From: an uncultured Methanosarcinales archaeon
GTDB lineage: Archaea > Nanobdellota > Nanobdellia > Woesearchaeales > GW2011-AR15
DNA length: 64,000 bases
Assembly: GCA_964552005.1 (NCBI GenBank)
Contig: CAZKFC010000001.1
Location: 109,934-173,933 of the forward strand
Direction of reading: 5' to 3'
Below are positions 60,032-64,000 of the stretch, one piece after another. Within the stretch, counting starts at the first letter, position 1. Every line of letters begins with the position of its first letter. The notes under the pieces are model-generated. The model worked only from the letters and a program-made list of their open reading frames with translations, searched no databases and was not told the origin of the DNA. The position numbers and the translations under genes were made by a program.

Positions 60032-61071
60032 AAAAAAGAGCATTCATAGAAATACATGGTTTAGTTGAAATTATTTTAGTGTTAGTTGTGATATTCGTAT
60101 TATTAGGGATAACTGGTTATTATAAAATTATATTAAATAGATTTGGTGAAGATACATTATGCCAGGGAAGTTTTGTTGCTAGTGCAATGACTAAGATGTT
60201 TGGCCAAACAACTATAGATCCTAAATGCCGTACTAATAGAATTACTTTAGTAATGGATGTTGAAGATGAAGGCGAGACAGAAACAGGCGGTGTTAAAATG
60301 GCTCTCAAAAAAGATTATCCGCCCCCAATACCAAGTCAAACTTGGGATACTAAATTAAGAGTGGATAACTGGAATGAACAATATGAAGAATTTCCTTATC
60401 CTTATCCTGAAGATGCTCCATCAGGACTTTCGGCAGAGGAAGAAGATGAATACGTTACAGTTAGATACAACATGGACAAGATCTTTGCGGATGAATTAAA
60501 AAGATGCTGGACAATTGTCGGAAAAGGTAATCTGCCATTATTTGATAACTGGTTTAGATTTATTGAATGTAATGGCGGTGAATGTGAAAACATAATGGAG
60601 GCTATGGGTGCAATTGTTGGTATAGGTGGTAGTACAACACCAACTGCAAACTTTTGTGTTTTATGTAGTAGAATTAAATTTAGTAGTGAAGTTATGAAGG
60701 GTTATTCAGGAGAATTTAATTCTATTAACCAGTGGATGAAAAATAATCCATGGCAAGTTGGTAGGCGTACTAGTTATTTAGAATATTTAATGGAAGAAGA
60801 TCAAAGTTTTTTTGCAGCACCTTCATTTTCATATTCTACGAATGAGCCACAAGCAGTTGTTTTTATTAGAGTAAACTTCCACCAAATTCCTGTATGGTTA
60901 TTACAATCTGCTGACTTAGCAGACACAGCACTATCTATGTTACCTTTTTATGAAGGAACGGAAGATAATCCTGTTTACTATGCAAATGCATTAAAGATAT
61001 TGCCGTATAATGAACTTTCAGATCCAAATAGTCCTTATCAATGTGATTATATAGTTGGAAGTTATATTTGA
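60028..61071 (+). CDS. class III signal peptide (pilin-like) protein, Cys-containing
   Basis: MKKRAFIE+TM; C..S, C.T, A.EL..CW...GKG, C..CS.I.F. Confidence 0.7.
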   Translation: MKKRAFIEIHGLVEIILVLVVIFVLLGITGYYKIILNRFGEDTLCQGSFVASAMTKMFGQTTIDPKCRTNRITLVMDVEDEGETETGGVKMALKKDYPPPIPSQTWDTKLRVDNWNEQYEEFPYPYPEDAPSGLSAEEEDEYVTVRYNMDKIFADELKRCWTIVGKGNLPLFDNWFRFIECNGGECENIMEAMGAIVGIGGSTTPTANFCVLCSRIKFSSEVMKGYSGEFNSINQWMKNNPWQVGRRTSYLEYLMEEDQSFFAAPSFSYSTNEPQAVVFIRVNFHQIPVWLLQSADLADTALSMLPFYEGTEDNPVYYANALKILPYNELSDPNSPYQCDYIVGSYI

Positions 61072-61073
61072 AA

Positions 61074-61217
61074 ATGAATAAAAAAGCTGAATTAACTATT
61101 GAGACAATTGCAATATACTTATTAGCATTATTTTTTGCCGCTGTTGTCATTTATTTAATAATGACTAATGGTTATAAGATACGCGAGTTATTAAACATTT
61201 TATTTGGGATATTATGA
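61074..61217 (+). CDS. 47-aa pilin-like microprotein
   Basis: MNKKAELTIETIAIYLLALFFAAVVIYLIMTNGYKIRELLNILFGIL; Glu at +5 after KKA; ATGA-coupled to next gene. Confidence 0.7.
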   Translation: MNKKAELTIETIAIYLLALFFAAVVIYLIMTNGYKIRELLNILFGIL

Positions 61218-64000
61218 ATAAGAGAGCATTAGTGTTTAGGACAGTTGCATTCATTATATTAGTTTTAGCTTTGTTAGTAGTTGGCTTCAATATCTTGGGC
61301 GTATTAAGGGAAGCAGGTATAATCTCACCAGGTTCATTTTTAGATGATTATGGTACTTTTACTCCTTATCATCTTGCGCCAGAAACTGCAGCAGAAGTTA
61401 CTGTTCAAGATTCTGTTAATGCTTTGGTATGCGCAATTAATATGGTTTCTGCATTAGATAATATACCGACATCCGTTTTAAGAGGAGGATCTGTAGAGAG
61501 TTATATTAGCAGCAGACTAAACAGAAATTTGTATGAAAGCAACTGTCCAGATGGTAATTATATTGAATTTACAGAAGAAGAATTAACAAATGTTAGAGGC
61601 AGTAAATGTTTTGAAAATTATGGTGTTTGTGTTTCAGAAGTTGAAAATGATAAGGCACATTATGAAGATGCTGATTATAATCCTAATGATGATATTACAT
61701 GTCCTAGAACAAGACCGGAATGCGAATTGCAATGTAAATTTGCATGGGGGAGATCTTGTGAACCAACCTCTTCTGAAAAAAAAATTTGTGATAATAATTA
61801 TGCCAGATATTGTATGGCCTCTGGTTACTGGTGCCAGCAATTATGTTCATACAGTGTTGGTTCCTTAGGCTATTCCAGGACTGCCCCAACAGGGTGTGAG
61901 GTGGAAAAAGGTAATGTGTATTGTAATGGGGTGAACGGAGAAATCAATTATGATTCAGAAATTGAAGAGAATATTGAAGAATATGCAGCCCAAGTAAGAA
62001 CTGGTTATGATGTTGCTTTAGAGTGTAATGAAGGTGTTTTATTTGGTTCTAGCTGTGTTAAATGCGAATTAGATGAATCACGTTTCAAATGCAAAGTTAA
62101 TAATTTTTATCTACCACAAACAGGAGCAGGTGACAGAGGTACTTTAGATAGGTGGATTGCTGGGTTAGGAGATCCTGAGTTTGTTTTATATTATGAAGCA
62201 TTTCCTGAAGGGGAAGATGAATATTGGAAACCAGATTATGCTAGTTATTCACCATTATTGTTGTATGGTGCTTCTATAGCATCACTAATTCTTCCAGCAG
62301 ATGCTGAGTTGATTAAGGCAGTTCACCAAGAAAGAAGACTTACAGATATTTTGGTAGATAATACTTTAATTGGGAAAATAGGAGGATCTTTGTTTAAACA
62401 AGCCCAACGTGTAAAAAAGGGGCTTTTTTTATTAGGTGTTAAAAATGCAGATTTTGCAGCCAGATTAGATTTAATTGAATTGGCATTAAGAAAATCTGAT
62501 ATTATGTTTCAGGATTCAACAGAATTTTTACCTTTAATAAGAAAATATGTTGATGAAAACTCTTTAAGAATCACTGATGAAATTGCTCTACAAAGAGAAT
62601 TAGCCGGAGAATTCGAAAGACAAATTGCAAGAGCTGAAGGTGTGATTCCTGGTTCAACTGGAGCAAGAGCAATAGAACAAATAGCAGAGGAAGAAGCATT
62701 AGCTTTTATGACACATATCAGAACTGGTTTAGGATCATCTTCTGTTGATATTGCCAAAGCACGCATGGCCAGAAATCTAGGGTTGTCCTTAGATCAAGTT
62801 TATGAAAACGGTAAAATAAGTGTCGAAGCAGTTGGTGAATTCCTAAAAGATAATCCTGATAGGGTTGAGGCTTTTGTTGAGCTTATGGAATCAGGTAGTT
62901 TATCCGCAGACCAGATGGGGGATTATATAAGACTATTAAGAGATACAACAGATGAATTTTCAGATAATTGGATGCAGTATCATCTCATTGGAAGAAATTC
63001 AGATGGTTTGAATGATTTTATGGCTGCATTAGGTCAAAATCCTGAAGAAGTAACAAGGGTTGGAGGTCTTATGCGTAGAATACCTATATTAAGAGCAGGT
63101 GTTCAGATGGCAGAATGGGGCAGAGCCATTGGGTTAGGTGCTTTAAGCTTAACAAGTACAGAAAATAGATGGTTTACAATGGCCTTCTTGTATTTTATGG
63201 GAGATTTAATTGACAGCGTTAATAACAAATTTTTGCCACATGGTGTGAATAATTTAGTTATTCAAACACCGCACATGCTTGGACAAGCCTATACATACGA
63301 ACTTGAAAAATCCACACCTTATTCCATAATTTTAAACAATAATCAAAAAATTGGCAGATTCTATTTTGCTAGTCCATGTAAAGCAGACCTTACAGTTGAA
63401 TCTGAACAGTTTAGTACAACTATCTCAGATATAGGTGACTTATTAATTTATGATTTATATGACTTTGGATCTGGGTTAATGACAGTTAAAAAAGGCACAT
63501 TGGATTATAAAATACCAGCTCCAAGTTTATATGATGAAGGACAAAGACTAAATTCAATATCTAATTATAATACAGTACTTACTCAATTAAGGAATATTGA
63601 CACTAGTTTTTCAACTGTTTCGGGAAGTACATCAATTGAAGATCTGTATAATTATGCAAAAGAAAAATATGCTAATAATGAGTTTGAAAAGGCACTTAAA
63701 GTATTCATGATAATAACAAAATATTATCCGGTTTCTATCGAAGCATACCATTCATATTCAATAATTGATGAGTTCTTAACAGATTACGAACTCTTTTTGA
63801 AAATTCCACCAGATGAATTAAAAAATATTGCTTTTGAGTTTTTTATTGATGATGATGACACAATAAAATATTATTCAGAGTTTTGGGAAGATATTTATAA
63901 TAAACTTGAAAATGGCGAGATATCTAATTACCCCGAGGCTGTTCGTGGACACGCTTGTATGAATGAAGTTACATATAGAGAAAATCTTGGATTATGTATG
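61214..64000 (+). CDS. large pilin-like Cys-rich protein, runs off the window end
   Basis: MNKRALVF+TM; frame read open through the first third and in register at the window end (929 codons); absence from the ORF track is consistent with no stop in the window. Confidence 0.8.
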   Translation, partial: MNKRALVFRTVAFIILVLALLVVGFNILGVLREAGIISPGSFLDDYGTFTPYHLAPETAAEVTVQDSVNALVCAINMVSALDNIPTSVLRGGSVESYISSRLNRNLYESNCPDGNYIEFTEEELTNVRGSKCFENYGVCVSEVENDKAHYEDADYNPNDDITCPRTRPECELQCKFAWGRSCEPTSSEKKICDNNYARYCMASGYWCQQLCSYSVGSLGYSRTAPTGCEVEKGNVYCNGVNGEINYDSEIEENIEEYAAQVRTGYDVALECNEGVLFGSSCVKCELDESRFKCKVNNFYLPQTGAGDRGTLDRWIAGLGDPEFVLYYEAFPEGEDEYWKPDYASYSPLLLYGASIASLILPADAELIKAVHQERRLTDILVDNTLIGKIGGSLFKQAQRVKKGLFLLGVKNADFAARLDLIELALRKSDIMFQDSTEFLPLIRKYVDENSLRITDEIALQRELAGEFERQIARAEGVIPGSTGARAIEQIAEEEALAFMTHIRTGLGSSSVDIAKARMARNLGLSLDQVYENGKISVEAVGEFLKDNPDRVEAFVELMESGSLSADQMGDYIRLLRDTTDEFSDNWMQYHLIGRNSDGLNDFMAALGQNPEEVTRVGGLMRRIPILRAGVQMAEWGRAIGLGALSLTSTENRWFTMAFLYFMGDLIDSVNNKFLPHGVNNLVIQTPHMLGQAYTYELEKSTPYSIILNNNQKIGRFYFASPCKADLTVESEQFSTTISDIGDLLIYDLYDFGSGLMTVKKGTLDYKIPAPSLYDEGQRLNSISNYNTVLTQLRNIDTSFSTVSGSTSIEDLYNYAKEKYANNEFEKALKVFMIITKYYPVSIEAYHSYSIIDEFLTDYELFLKIPPDELKNIAFEFFIDDDDTIKYYSEFWEDIYNKLENGEISNYPEAVRGHACMNEVTYRENLGLCM

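Overview
AT-rich archaeal chromosomal segment. gatD/gatE, radA, RPA, aMBF1, an ATP-dependent ligase and a BHB-type intron tRNA mark it as archaeal. gyrA, dense coding and many K/R-K/R-[AGS] prepilin-like genes suggest a DPANN lineage such as Woesearchaeota (inference). Housekeeping genes are interrupted by three accessory blocks. (1) 3.6-11.2 kb: an IS200-type element next to a RiPP-like cassette (PqqD/RRE, nucleotidyltransferase, HPr-kinase-like P-loop protein, CoA-ligase-family enzyme, two B12 radical SAM enzymes, S24/S26 peptidase). It includes an unannotated 25-aa peptide gene with a YxxP leader motif, but no lasso cyclase. (2) 11.9-22.7 kb: a partly decayed surface-glycosylation island just downstream of a two-intron tRNA-Trp. 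(3) 54.4-64 kb: nine consecutive genes with class III signal-peptide-like N-termini, one carrying NlpC/P60, lytic transglycosylase and HExxH motifs, i.e. peptidoglycan-hydrolase domains in an archaeon. Also found: a 3-unit palindromic repeat array upstream of radA, a stand-alone CARF-like gene, and several microproteins missed by the ORF track. All calls come from manual motif reading; no searches were run.
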